From: Tubulanus polymorphus
Lineage: Eukaryota > Animalia > Nemertea
Assembly (NCBI RefSeq): GCF_964204645.1
Contig: NC_134026.1
Coordinates: 7,339,950-7,403,949, forward strand
Direction: 5' to 3'
DNA length: 64,000 nucleotides
The notes beneath the pieces were generated by a model. It had not been told where the DNA came from. It made no database searches and was given only the letters and a program-made list of their open reading frames with translations. Position numbers and translations under genes: made by a program. Below, piece after piece: positions 1-13,600 of the stretch; within the stretch, counting starts at the first letter, position 1, and every line of letters begins with the position of its first letter.

Positions 1-2057
1 ATTTTTTTTTGTCAATGGAAATTACGTCCGATCCAAAGGATATTTCTTTTTTAAACTGGTCGATTGTCAATTCAGACGACGACAGTACTGTGAAGGGGGA
101 TTTGTATTTCAAAATGAATTAGATGTATCGCTATCCCTCGTTTCCTGAAAAGATTAAGGAAATTCTTATTATTTTCGCTGCTTTGATAGCCTGGCATTTT
201 CTACTTACCTCCATTGAAGAATCAAGACTTAATTCTCCAATGGATATTATTTCATACAGACTAGACTTAATTCTCCAATGGGTATTATTTCATTCATATG
301 TATATCAAATAATATATTATATGGGTATTATGCTAGTATGATGTAAACTCAATCGACTGCCTCACGCATCACCATCACCATACACTCCGACAAAAGTGTT
401 TATCAAACAATCAAGTAACTTGATGAGTGATGGAAATTTGAAGCCACTTGCACAGTTAACTGCAAATATCGAATATAAAATTTCAATAATTTAATGGGAA
501 TGAGGAATAATCGTTATTGAACATTAAAAGCTGAAAACACCTGCAGTAGATCTGTGATGGGTAGCATCAGGCTTGCATTTCTTCAGCAGAGGATAATCTA
601 ATCTTAATTTATCGTAAATTAAAATAATTGATTCTTAATAGTTAACACATCGATAACATGAGAAATACTTCTCAGTGCAGCATAGATCTTACGTACTATA
701 GCCTTTATCCAACCTCAGCTTCGGGGAACATACAGAAGAAAATACTTGCAGCGGTATTTTCATCAATTCACTGAAGAAAGAACTTACAATTGCATCATTC
801 ACTGGGTGCCGACCACATCGAAAATCAATATACATTAACATATACCTCACGACAGTCGGATTACTCCTCTCACGTACTTATATCGTCACCACTCTTTCAA
901 TTCACGTGAGATTTATGTATTCAATCATCATTTTAAACAGCTCTTTGGCACCATTATTTCTAGATTTACTAACCCTAGTAGATTTCTTTTCAACCTATCT
1001 GATATTATTAAAGGCTATTATTAGGCTTTCCTTAAGTCACCATAGTTCTGTGTGAAATCAAAAACAATTTATTCAATTTGCTTTTCGTTGTACTTGATCA
1101 CTTTCACACCAGTAATCAAAGGAACCCTAACTTAATTAATTTTGGGATAAAAAGCATATACCGAGCATCGAGTAGCCAATCACCAACTCCATCCATACCA
1201 CAAACTTGGTGGTATTTTCTAATCCACTAATTACTGGTACTGTAGTTGAAAAAAAGGATTCTGAGGGTTGCACCGGCGTAGAACCCAATATTTACTGATA
1301 CTGATTTAGGACTAGTCCTGATGCTGAATAGTGAACGAACAGGGGTGTCCCGGGTTCGAACCCAACGAACTGTACTGATTCAGAGTGAACCTGATGCAGT
1401 ATAGACAACGAATAGGTTTGTCCCGGGTTTGGAATCATATATCGTTCCAACATTGCAGAACTTAAATGAATTCAACAACTTTTGAAAAAAATATACTTCA
1501 CTCATTATCAACTATAAGTCCCTTTTTCTCTCAAGATTTATAAAACAATAAATGCCGTGCCTGTACTCGTCTGCAAATATCCCGTGACACCGCCGTATTG
1601 ACAACTAATAGACGTGTGATTTGTACAGAACCCCGAAATATGTTAAAGAAATATACATATTGGCAAATCTCCAACAATGAAGGCTACAAACTGTATGACG
1701 TCACCTGGACAACGTACACCTAGCTTAAACTTGAAAGAGATTGTACGCCAGCAGGGCCACAGATCTAGGGCCTACTGCTGATTAAGGGATTTGGGTGCAT
1801 TCCAAGATAGGGCATGTCATGATCATATGATTAAAAGGGCACCCAAAAGAAAGCTGATTTTTGGAAATACAGAGAACAAACTCATGAAAACTTTTTTAAG
1901 ATATAAGCTTAAATTTCAGGGCAATCTAAAATTATAGGAATGAGTGCGCAACCCTGCAACTTCCCTTGGCTCCATCCCTAGCCGGTGGGTTCGAGTCCTA
2001 GTTTTCCCAATGTTTCGCACGTGTGTGCACCATTTAATCACCATGTGAATCATTATT

Positions 2058-2930
2058 TCAATCTGACGTCATGCATTCATAGTAACTAGGTGGCGGTGCA
2101 GTCGCATTTAATGAAACCGGAGGAGTGGCAGCCAGCGGCATCATCGTGTTATACTGGGAGGTTGGTGACGAATAGAAAGTAGATGATGAGAGGTCTGGTG
2201 ATACGCGACCAGTGCTTATTGTTGAAATTTGAGTACTATAATCCTCAGGATGATGATATATTATCGTTGGAGTGTCGTCGTAGTCGTTGTTTGGACCTCC
2301 ATGAGAACTTGATCGTCGTCCTCGATTTTGACGTGGTGTTGACGATTCAGGTTGCGCGCGACAGCCCAGCATTTTTGAAACCTTGCTGAGGCAGCAAGCC
2401 AAGACACAGCAGGCAAATAGTATCAAAACGCCGAAAATAGCGACACCCAATAGTATGGAATAAAATATGAAACCTATAATAACAATAAAGAATATTTTTA
2501 TGCAGTTTGCTTGTTTGATAGGGGTAAAGGTCTAACCCAACTGATTAGGGCATTTAGGCCTATCCTCACTTTGCATGGGTTTGGTTGCCTACTGTCACGG
2601 GGAATACTCCAATAGGACGAAACAAAACCCTGGTAAGTAAAGATACCCCCAATCAACTGACGTGATAGAACTAACGTATCATTAACCCCAAAATTCAACG
2701 AACGAAAATACAGAATTGTATCACGAAAACATAGAATAAATTGCGAAAACATTTAAATTGAATCAGCCGATAATGATAAATTGGAGATATTAGGTTTTTA
2801 GTAGGCACCAGTCTGGTTGTAGGCGCCAATCTGGTTGGAAATGTTGTGTAATCATTATTTAGAGTGTTTATATCATCAAATTATAATCTATGTAACCGTA
2901 GACGTCGTGTGATGTAAATTAAAACCTAAA
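2058..2930 (-). pseudogene. Single-pass membrane protein gene with C-terminal PPxY motif, copy 1 (3' exon open, upstream part disrupted)
   Basis: Last exon (~2473-2058) encodes a hydrophobic helix, a Cys cluster (ACCVLACC) and a Ser/Pro-rich tail ending APPPSYYEC. An intron of ~95 bp (donor gtgagg ~2570, acceptor tattatag ~2474) is conserved in copy 2. Upstream reading frames contain stops. Confidence 0.5.
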
Positions 2931-5376
2931 TATAATATAGAAATATGATACATACTGTTATCAGACATGCTAATACCACATGAGTCCTGCAGTTGTACAA
3001 GTCCTCACTAAAAGTCAGTGGTCTTAAATCTGAAGACTGGCCTTAAATCGTTTAATTGTCTTTTGAAATGAGACCGATCATTAAAAAGACTGGAGATAAA
3101 ATTTCATTTAAATCTTTTATATCTATGACGACAGTCCTCTGCACTGATTAAATGCGGATATATGATACACGTGTCGGGTAAGACTCGAATTGATTTTTAT
3201 ACCGTCATTAGTTTTTTGATAGCCTCGAGTGACTTTAAATTACGTTAGCGCGTTAAGTGGCCGAAACAACCAATCAACGAATCCTAATTTGTATCATTAC
3301 AAGAGAAGATACGATAAGATAAGTTCATATGCACTCCTACCATTTTCATGGTATATCGAGGGAACTAATGATATCTACAATTGTATAGAAAAGAGACAAA
3401 TAAACCCTTTTTGAAAATAATGAGGTTCATCACAATATGTACAAATACATGTACTAATTACGAATCCAGGTAATGACGCCAGAGTTAAAAATACAGGTAA
3501 TAATGCCAGAGGTAAAATACTAAATATGTGATGAAATCATTAAATATAGAAGTGAATCAGTAATTTATTCTAAAAAAAAAGTCATACATGGGCGATTAAA
3601 ACATGCGAATATGTCAACATTGGACATGAAAATCTTATTCATACTAACTGACATTGATAAGAATATTTCTAGGTTATGGAAAATAAAAAATGAATGCACA
3701 GTTTAGATATAACATATTTCTAGATCAATGAATTTCCTCTGGTATGACTTTTCCTCTGGCATTTTTACTTCTTGCATCTTAACCACTGGTATTATTATTA
3801 CCATTATTTACCTCTGGCTGAATTCTCCTTTCCAGATTATCCAGCTTTTAGTGAGCCGCAGAGGAATCTCATTCAGCATCGATGATAGTACATCGTCAAA
3901 TCGCGGCGCCGCGGTTTTTTGTTCAAGGATTCGTTTTAGCTTCTTTTCGAGATTTGGGTAGATGTAGCAGTTGGATTTCGAATATTGGTCTGATTTGATT
4001 TCGCTAGTTGTTGTTTTTTCCCCGGAGGGGAAACGTTCAGCCTGCTGCTACTAGCCATGGTTGGAAGCTGATAACTCTATATATCACATGTAGGAGAAAA
4101 CCGAAAACGCTTCTGTTCGAAACGACAGCATGTCAGAGAACGTGTGGTCACATTTAACATACGCCATAATTGGAAATTTAGAATGTATGTCTTGGCGGAA
4201 TGAAATACGGCGTCCTGATGCAAAATAAATCCGAATATTGTTAGCGTAACGTCTTTCCACTAGACCACCGAGCTACTCGCAAACCAGTCGTAAGTTTTGA
4301 CTATATACGTATAGCACTCAACCTTACCCTAACCCTAATGCTAGGGGTATAACGGATCATAAACCCCTCCCCCTATAACCCTAAGGACCCTAATAGACCC
4401 TAAGTATTTCTCTGGCAGTGGGTGCAGGGCAGCCACTTCGTTTGCGTTTGGCCTCACAGAAACACGGAACCAAGATTCTGTTTCTTGTTTCCGTGTGTGC
4501 TGGACTGTGATGTAATATCAAAAATTCATAATGATTTTCTAGTAATATTAAAGATAATCATTAGTAATTCATATTTTTGTGTTTGAAATACGGGAGTTGT
4601 TTGATTGAAATTAGTTCCTCAGCCGCCAATTTAAAAGGGCAGATTTGGCAATGCGAGGGCTGCAAGCGAAACATTGGTAGTGGTTCTGGTGGCCCTCCCA
4701 CAGAACATTTAGGCCAAACAGGGGCTTTTCTTGCCCTTATCATAACCCATTTGGATTTATTAGTCTTTTAGAAATTTTCTTTGCAAGAAATTTTTTCCAG
4801 ACTTTTTGGAGGGCACATTCGAATTTTGTAGGGGGTGGACCAGTCCACCCGGTCCACCCCCTTGTAATTGATCTCGCGAGGGCAGTCGCCTGTATGAATG
4901 ATTCAAACCGACAGTGTGTCACCACGCCGACAGATAAACATTGGGCCTTCTAACACCCTTATGGGCGGCGAGCGACCATTCCCCAGGAAATCAACCTTGT
5001 CTATTTGTATAACGCAGAATACGCAAGACTTATGAATTTCACGTGGAAACCATCAGTTCAGAATTTAAACTAATTCAACGACTTCCTAAAAATATTGTAA
5101 CAAACTTTATTCATTATCTACTATAAGTCTCTTTTTCAAGATTTAGAGAACAATAGAGGTCACGTGTGTAGCCGTCTGTTAATATCACCTGGACATATCG
5201 ACAGCCATAAACAGTGATTTACACAGAACCCAGAAATGAGTAAAAATAACCGTGTCATCTTTCGTTATATTGATGGCACAGTCTCCAACAGTAAACGGCT
5301 ACACAAACTGTGGGTTCAAGTCCCAGCTTTCTGAGTATTTAAATGCATGCGCACGCCGACAGTTTCATCATTACAG

Positions 5377-6265
5377 TTATTTCATGTATGCATTATTTGA
5401 ATATGATATCATGCAGTCATCGTAACTAGGTGGCGGTGCAGTCGGATTCATTCGTTCCGGGGGAATGTCAGGACCTGCCATCATCGTTCTGGCGGCTGAT
5501 GTGAAATTAAATTGTGTTGCACCAACTGGTGATACGTAACCAGTACTAACAGTTGAAACGGATTCAAACCTATAATCCACAGGATCACGAAGGATTGTTG
5601 TTGGAGGGTCGTCATAGTCGTTGATAGGATCTCTTTGAGAACTTGACCGTCGTCCCCGATTTTGTCGCTGTGTTGGTGTTTCAAGTCGCGTGTCGAAACA
5701 CAGACAATGCATCTTTATATACTTGCGAAGGCACTAACCCCAGATACACGAGACCAGTATAAAAACAGCAAAGATACCCACTAGTATGCCAATAAAGCCG
5801 GAACCTATAATAACAATAAAGAATATTTTTTTATGCAGTTTGTTCGTCTGGTGGAGGGGATAAAGGCCATACCGGCTGATTTTGATATAATACGTAGTCC
5901 TTTCCTTACTTTGCATTGGTTTGGTTGCTCTAATGTCAAAAGGATTTATTCTATACTCCAACAGGGTCCGGAACAAAACCTTGGTAAGTGAAACCCCCAA
6001 CCAGCTGACTTCGGAGACAATTGAGTATCATGCAGTTGAATTTACAAATTCAACGAACGGAACATCACGAATAAGAATAGATGATAATTTGGAAAATTGC
6101 CAGCTCATTTGAATCGATTATATGACCGGGCTATTGGCTAAAAAAGTTGGAGGGTAGTCACCAGTATGGTTGTAGGCGCCAGTCTGGTTGGAGATGATTA
6201 TATCGTCAAATTGTATTCTATCGCGATCGTTTGCTGCACCTTGTGCGAATGAAAATTTTGGACCT
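5377..6265 (-). pseudogene. Single-pass membrane PPxY protein gene, copy 2, with in-frame stop
   Basis: ORFs 5734-6000 and 5377-5712 are in the same frame, separated by TAG at 5734-5736 (VSCIWG*CLRKYIKM, versus ACCVLACCLSKVSKM in copy 1). Shares RQNRGRRSSS and TAPPPSY with copy 1. Confidence 0.55.
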
Positions 6266-6584
6266 GGAAATAAAGAAATACGTTACATACTGAAGGTAGA
6301 CATGTTTGATACCACACGGCCGGGTCCTTGCTAGTTGCGACACAGTCCTTATTAATATATAATAGAGAATATTAATATATAATAGAGAAAGTATTGGTCT
6401 CAAATCTGAAGACTGGTCTTAATATGAACTGAGACTGATCACTCAGAAAACTGAATATTACATTGCAATTACATTATATCTGTGACGACAGTCTTGACCT
6501 ATACTGATTAAACTCGGGGGATATAAAACATGGGTCAGACTCGAATTCTTTTTTATAGCTTTGATAGCCTCAAGTGAATTCAAG

Positions 6585-6730
6585 GTGATATGATAACACA
6601 AAGTTTAAACCATGTTCCTCAATTATATCTGCGAGAGGAGCGCCGTATATAATGTAAAAAGCACTGGTCCAAGTACTGAAGCTTGAGGCAAACCGCAAAC
6701 TAAATCACATTGTGACTGAAAAATCATCAG
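6585..6730 (-). mobile_element. LINE (CR1/L2-like) reverse transcriptase fragment
   Basis: Reverse strand translates to CGLPQASVLGPVLFTLYTA and, after a frameshift, PLADIIEEHG. This matches the GVPQGSVLGP RT motif of non-LTR retrotransposons. Confidence 0.75.
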
Positions 6731-6967
6731 AAATAGACATAGGCTGGTAATGGGACAGGCAACCAGTCATTAATAGAAATATTAACTGTTAGACTGGTTA
6801 CCGGTCCGGGACAGGCAACCAGTCTACTTAATTGTAGATGACAGCACCTCTCGGTAGGCTATTTGTAGCCCTCGCTTCCCACAGTTGGCGCTCTTGGTTT
6901 ACATTGGTTTCCGAGTGTATATCTATTTCGTTTTTTCTTGAAGTTTATACTGAGTTAAACGAGGAAC

Positions 6968-8617
6968 ATGTCCCGCGGTATGAAAATCGATCCAAAATTC
7001 TACCAGAAAAGTTGTTTGGAATTGGCACGTGATTTACTGGGGAAGAAATTGGTTCGCATCGTTGAGACCTCCTCATCGACCTCATCATCATGTAGTGAGG
7101 ATGGTGGTGAGGAGGGCGAGAGGTTATGCGGTATAATCGTGGAAACTGAAGCGTATCCCGGTTCTGATGATCCTGCTTCACATTCGTATAAAGGGAAGAC
7201 CCCGCGTAATGAAGCGATGTTCATGGCTCCCGGAACTTGTTATGTTTACAGTATCTATGGAAACTATTGTTGTATGAATATTTCTAGCGCAGGTAATCCC
7301 AGGCATTATAATCTGAGACAGCTTTCGATTTGGTTCAATGATCGATTCTAAATGTTCTTCAGAACCCAGTTTCTGAATAACACTAGTTAGTTACCTAATC
7401 GTGGTGGTAAGCTTTTTGTAATCGGATGGGATATACCTTATGTGGTTTGTGAAAATATCCGATCGTGAAACTAAACCACAGACAGGTTACTGACTAGAAT
7501 AACACCATCAGCAGCTGCTCCAGTCTAAGAATAAATTGTAGACTCCGCCCTACTCAGAGGGAACTGGTTGTTTCGGTGAAATTCCATAAACATTTTGTGA
7601 TCCCTATGTATTCCTATACTAAATCCATCCCCTATTCATTACGACTCTACTCGGTGGGTTTTATGCTCAAATCCGCCCTCTACCACAACTAACTCGGTGA
7701 ATTTGATGCCAGTATTGTGTCAATAGAAATGGAGCAGTGCATTCCCCTTGAACGCGAGCCCAATATGGGTGAGTTAGGTGCTACAGTGAGTATATACAAG
7801 GATATTCAAATCTGCTTTCCCTTTTTGACCCGATTAACAGTAATGGTCCATCCAGTATAAAGTTATAAAAAAAATCTATCAACATTAAAAAAACCTAAAA
7901 TCCCCTGATCACGGTAATTCGGTAAAAGAATTACTGTCCAATTAGAACCGAGTTAGGCGGAGTTTACTGCAGTTCATTTCTCAATGTTTTACAAAAAGAA
8001 CAAAATTTCACTCAGAACTGAGTCCGAGTCACTCAATTGTGTTACTGGGATCTGAAGATCATGTACAACCGATCCGAGAGGATCAGTCTTGCATAGTTCA
8101 GTTTGTTCCAGGTGACGGGGCTGCCGTTTTAGTACGTGCAGTAGAAATGACCGAAGGGATAGAAACAGCTCATAAACTACGCAATAAACACAGCAGAAAA
8201 TCTCGATCATCTAAAACAGCGGCAACTCAGAAATTCAAACATAAAGATCTTTGCAACGGGCCGTCAAAAATTTGTATGGCTTTTGGAATCGATAAACAAT
8301 CATTCAATCAAATTGATTTAACACGAAGCGATGAATTATTTATAGAGGATAGTTACGAGGGGACGGATATAGGTGGCAGCAGCAGTGTTGAGCAGCGGGA
8401 TATAGTGACATGTACTCGTATAGGTATAGAGGGCGCCGGTGCGGAGAGCGCTTCCAAACCGTACAGGTTTTATATACTACACAATGATTGCGTGAGTAAA
8501 CGGGATAAAACAATGGAAAATACTATCAAATCACGCCCTCAACTCGCCTCAGACCGTCAAGCGGAATGTCAACTCAGATCAGACACTCGGGAAAAAACTA
8601 GTAAATATTTCAAATAA
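6968..8617 (+). CDS. MPG: DNA-3-methyladenine glycosylase (2 exons: 6968-7292, 8112-8617; ~276 aa)
   Basis: Motifs [36 protein letters not shown]|[26 protein letters not shown] and RIGI. Phase-1 GT-AG intron. Confidence 0.95.
7384..7496. mobile_element. ~110-bp MITE with 9-bp TSD (family A)
   Basis: Imperfect TIR tagttagttacc / ggttactgacta, flanked by gaataacac on both sides. Further copies at ~11037-11141, 29486-29593, 40462-41308 and ~41862-42144. Confidence 0.85.
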
Positions 8618-8812
8618 AAACATGGCTATCTTCATATGATCACCTTATGACATTACGATTCTCACTCGCGACAATGACTTCACGCTAAATTTTTTGCCTC
8701 CGATTCTGTAACAGCCAATAAAACCACCAAGCTCTGTTTAAACTGCTAGCAAGTTGTGAGAAAATTTCGTGCAACAAACTACTGAGCGAGCTACTAAAGC
8801 GAGAGGTAGACC

Positions 8813-8951
8813 TGGGCCCGGTTTCACGAATAAGTTTAAGCCTAATACGGTTAAGTTTGAATTGTTGTCCTCATTGAAAACATGAAGTAACCTATCAGCA
8901 ATTAGGCTACACCAAAAAATTGAGATAACTTTTTTTGTGAAACTGGACCCT
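8813..8951. mobile_element. Short MITE with GGGYCC(A/G)GTTYCAC-type TIRs
   Basis: gggcccggtttcacgaa ... tttgtgaaactggaccc. Related copies at ~12126-12227 and ~30780-30831. Confidence 0.6.
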
Positions 8952-9084
8952 GGGCTAGCTGATGTCATAGGGGGATCGATGTAGGCAGCCATCATTCCTA
9001 CAAACATTCCAAACAATGTTCCCTAAATTTTCTAATAAATTTATTCTGCGGAAATGAAACAATAATAAACGTGAAGTGAGTTAT

Positions 9085-9678
9085 CTATGTTTTCGGGGCC
9101 CCGAAAGCGTCTGGCATGCGTTCGATAGAATACCGATGCTGCTGTAAGAACATGATCGGAACTCCCGGTATTTTACGGATCCTTCGACGTAGATCTTTAT
9201 CGCACGTACCGACGATGTAACACTTGTGTTGTGTGACTCTCTGCACGAGGCAGTCATCGGCGTATGTTCCTTTGTGCATACACGGCAACCGTACGAACCG
9301 CGGGTCTTTAGCGATGCGCAGAGCGACGCGGTATTTCGCGCCGAGTTTCTCCAATTCGGCCATGACGCAGTCGGTGATGTACGGAACGCACCGCGCGTAT
9401 AAACAATCCATCATCGATTGAACGATATCCAGTTTATTTTTGATCGAGAAGTTAATGAAGTTCGTATCGATGAGGATGTGATAAGGAGGTCCTAGTTGAG
9501 TGTTGTACTGGAAAAACATTGCCGACGACGATTGCGGTAGTTCGCGGATTTTTAACGTTCGCGGATCGACTTTTTTCGCTCTTTTAAACTCGCGATGTTC
9601 CTGTTTAATCCTGGAATCTTTCAGATTTATCAGTCTCTTCCTGGCGGCGAATTTCTTCGCTTGCCTCTGCTTTCCCAT
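9085..9678 (-). CDS. FCF1: rRNA-processing PIN nuclease FCF1/UTP24 (197 aa, uninterrupted CDS)
   Basis: Highly conserved [38 protein letters not shown] and [12 protein letters not shown] likely 5'UTR intron acceptor lies at ~9701. Confidence 0.97.
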   Translation of the reverse strand: MGKQRQAKKFAARKRLINLKDSRIKQEHREFKRAKKVDPRTLKIRELPQSSSAMFFQYNTQLGPPYHILIDTNFINFSIKNKLDIVQSMMDCLYARCVPYITDCVMAELEKLGAKYRVALRIAKDPRFVRLPCMHKGTYADDCLVQRVTQHKCYIVGTCDKDLRRRIRKIPGVPIMFLQQHRYSIERMPDAFGAPKT

Positions 9679-9947
9679 CTCGCTGTTATTGAAGACGGAT
9701 CTGCAAGAAAAATGATTCAGACACGTTTACACGGTGTGGGATCACCATATGATCACTGGGGACTTGTCGAGTTTGAATGTACATATATTTTCATTCGATC
9801 ACCTCACCGTAAAAATATACTCACAGATTTGATGAACGAGATCTATTTTATAACACTGGGGATTTAGGATGATGCGATGTCTGATGATTTTGATCCTAAA
9901 TAACGATTTTGAGTGCCAGGTTTTTTTTAGAATTTCGCATAAGCAAT

Positions 9948-10235
9948 TTTTACTTCCGGGTTAGTTATTCAATTGACCACCAGAGCGTCAGCACCAGTCG
10001 GCGGTGACAAGAGCTCGATTGCTACAGTTGGCACCGGAGCCATAATAATGTCCGAGAAATGCTTTAACGGTCCATCTAGAGCTACTCTAAAGAGCAGTGC
10101 GATAGAATGTCTTCTTTTATCCGGCACTTAAATGTTTATATCGAAAACATGGTTTTACTTCCGGGTTTTGTACACTTATTCACCACTTCTGTGTTCCAGC
10201 ACCAGCGTGTCGAGTTAAGTGCCCGGCACCAGTTG
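9948..10235. promoter_or_regulatory. FCF1 upstream region with two ETS-type ACTTCCGG motifs
   Basis: ttttacttccgggtt occurs at ~9949 and ~10153, each followed downstream by gcaccagt. Confidence 0.4.
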
Positions 10236-10607
10236 ATTATGGACCCATTGGCAATAATTCCACATTCCAGCAAACCTATCACGAAGACCTTGAATTTTAA
10301 CCAGCTTTAAGGGCTTAATGAATTAAGAACTCAAGAAATTGAATGAATTGATAAAATTTATTTTCTATAAAGTGTCCCTTACATTCTTAATTTATTCACA
10401 ATTGTTTTATAAATACAAATACTATTGTACAATGTATTCTGTACCTTCAAACTGACTATGATTGAAAAATATTTACAAAAACATTCAAACGCGTTAGCGC
10501 AAAGATATTCAGAGTAGATTCAGCATTCGCTTTATACAAAAATCATTTCTGGAACACTTCAATATTTCTTTAAAAATCAGTTTCAGGTTTAGTTTCTACC
10601 AATCTCG

Positions 10608-13600
10608 TTACAAAATAAACCCGCGTTGATTTCTATCTTCTTCGATTGTTGTGTCGTCGCTAGGGCATCGAATAGAAGCAGCTGCGGCAGCTGAGATCAC
10701 AGGAGGTAACGAGTCCTCATCATCAAACCTCAAACCTAGCAGATTGTCCGACAGCAACAAGTCAGGTCGTCCTGTAAAACAATCACACATAGAATAATTA
10801 ATGCTCTGGATTCTAACAACCCAATTCCTCCCGTTGTTGGTTTAATAAAATTTGTTTATATTCAATATTTTAACTATAGTGCCAAATTTGAAGCCATGGA
10901 ACTGGCTCTATTGAGCTTTGAGTTCTGTCGTAATAGGAAAATTTAACAAACCTAAATTTGAGGCTCAGTTACGACTTAAAGTCCACTTGAATAAGGATTG
11001 GCCATACAGGTAAGTAATTGTCAGATTGGTTACAGTAAGTTAGTTACATAATCGTTGGTGGTAAGCTTTTTATAATCGGATGGGCTTATACCAAATGTGC
11101 TTTGCGAAAATATCTGATCGTCAAACTAAACCCCAGACGGGCAAAAATGAGCTTATACCGGTATAACAAAGCGTTGACTACGCAACCGATATGCTTTGTT
11201 AGATAGGCCAGTTTGAATGGGATATTGGCAAGAATAATGAGGGAAGCAAGGATTCAGTGATAATCAATCCACCAGGATCGTTCGTGGCACTGGGTTACTG
11301 CTTCAATTTCCGCCTACATCTGAATTAATCTCGACTCTATTTTTCTCATAGATCAATTTTCGGCAAAATCTGTACTAAGTGATAAAGGCGATCTTATATC
11401 TATTCGATGACTTGTTTGATAATTCCGTATTTGGAAGCATGAAAATCAAGTTCGAATTTCATTGACTCGATTATCAGTAAGAATGACCCAGTGTTTTGTT
11501 GCACCATCTGTTTGTGCCAGTATCCCATTGTTCCAGATACATGTATCAGGGTTCGATCTAAGCACTTGTTCGATTCCCCGGGACAAGTATATTCTCATCA
11601 GGGCAAGTGGGTTATCATTATCACTTGTTCCCCGGGCTAGTACAATTTTCTGTCACAAAGATTTTTTCCCACTCGACACCTCAGATGATATTGCCACCAA
11701 TCAAACTGCCTGTGTAGGGCAAGTAGCTTTTGGAGGGGGCAAGCGAAATTTCAGATATGCTTGCCCCCGGGCAAGTGGCTTTCATCCCTTAGATCGGACC
11801 CTGTGTATGTCTTACAGTAGAAAGAAGTTTTCACACTAAAATAACTGGGACCAAAAACAAAAGGACGATGAAATATACAATGCCCCCAGTGATTTATGAA
11901 ACTTTTTACGCGAGGTTTTGTGGAGGTTTTAAAAAAAGTTATACATCAATAGAGCTGTTGTACAGGATGAGACAGGGCGTCATAGTTCGTTTGCCCGTCA
12001 ATGCTGGGGACTTGCCATACATAATAACAAAAGACTGTGTTTCATAGATGTGGAAGTAAAATAGTCCTTGGAAACGGTGTCAGTTATAACCATGGTTTCT
12101 CATTGTTACTAAGGTGGTTATTACCCAGGGTCCAGTTCCACAATTTAACTCTTTAAGTTAACTCATTGAAAATGAGCTAACTTTAACTCAGAGTTAACGC
12201 TAACTTACAACTGTGGAACTGGGCCCAGATTTAGGAGTGACCACTAGGGATAACTTTGATACCGGACCCAGGGGATTTACAAAGAAATTTCAAGGGTCCG
12301 TCATGTAAAACGCGATTGCCAACCAATAGAAGTGTTGTAAATCACTAATTGTGTTCAACCACGGATATGGAGTAGCCACATATGGAATATGCGCATGACT
12401 TGCAAGACCTCAGACGCAAGCGGAATGACGAGAACTTACCAGGTTTTTAGCGATGGTTAGTGTTTAAACTACCGGTGATATATCACTGAGAGGAGGTGGA
12501 TTTGTCACATAGGTCGTATCAGGAGCAGGTGCGTTTAGATAACTATACTGATCATTGGATTCTATAGCACCAGATGTAGCAGCAGCAGCAGCAATTGTAA
12601 GAGACACCACACAAAAACATCACATAAAGATAAAGAAATACACGCACAGTGTTAGAAACATAAAATACAGCGTCAAGTTCCTCAATCATGAGTCTAATTG
12701 ACTCAAAAACTGTGGAACTCGATCTTGTAAACATTGCCTAAACTCAGACAACAAATTAAGCCTATTTCTCTAAATGAACAGTTGTCTGAATTAAAATTTG
12801 TAAACTCGAGTTCAAACAATGTTTACAGCATCAATGAGTTATATTTTACCCAGCAAGTTAGTTCTACAGTTAAATCTAAATGAAACGAACATAGCAGAAT
12901 AAGCTTCCAAATTTGAAAGTCCTTATCAAAACAATTACGAATGCTTGTTGAATTCATTGCTAAATTATCAGAAAAATATCATCATTTTAAGATTGCGTCG
13001 TCAAAAATTGATTTTAATCAAAATCATGACATTTAAAACTGATCGTGCAAACGGAGCTACGTGAGAACAGACAGAGATTAAACTCTTAACTCTGAGAGGA
13101 ATTTATTACATGCGCTGCATATCAGAAACAGAGCGGGATTAATTTTACTCATCAGAGAGTAAAGCAATGCTTAAAAAGAGCAGGATTACGTAATTTTACT
13201 CATCTGAGTGAAGCAATGCTTAGTAAAAAAGCGAATTGTTTCGTAATACCTGATTACATAGGAGTAATACCCGAGTAATGCTGTGAATCTGGGTTAAATA
13301 AAAACGGTAATAGATCAGAAATTATATTCAGTCAGGAGTCAATTGTACAGTTGTGGATTTAATGCTGCTGACTCTTTTCGGTCATTTCGCGTAAATCAAG
13401 GGTAGAGCGTCTTTTAGAATACGACTTAAAGACTCTCCTAAACTCAAATAATCACTGGAAACTCCAGAGTGTCAAATTTGAATGTCACTCTCAGATCAAA
13501 AGATCAGACTTGAGCGGAGTCTGCTGTACCATCCATCTCAGATATCGCTCTCAAGTCAAAAGATCCTACTAAAGTGGAGTCTACGGTACCATCCAACTCA

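Larger units (their letters stand above)
1455..6585. repeat. Tandem segmental duplication (~1455-3240 and ~5055-6585)
   Basis: Collinear shared blocks in coding and flanking sequence, e.g. cattatc.actataagtc, aaatctgaagactgg, atct.tgacgacagtc and agactcgaatt in both copies. Confidence 0.85.

Noticed and set aside
100-1120. Possible further decayed GPCR (RCIAI-like and hydrophobic fragments)
   Set aside because: Too fragmentary to support without a translated search.
3720-4060. Gene-like stretch on the minus strand (MASSSRL...)
   Set aside because: Frames close quickly and no recognisable domain is visible.
5734-5736. Selenocysteine recoding at a stop aligned to Cys
   Set aside because: The codon is TAG, not TGA, and other lesions indicate decay.
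9224-9867. Antisense ORFs over FCF1, and similar ORFs over MPG and the GPCRs
   Set aside because: Shadow frames of real coding sequences with no independent support.
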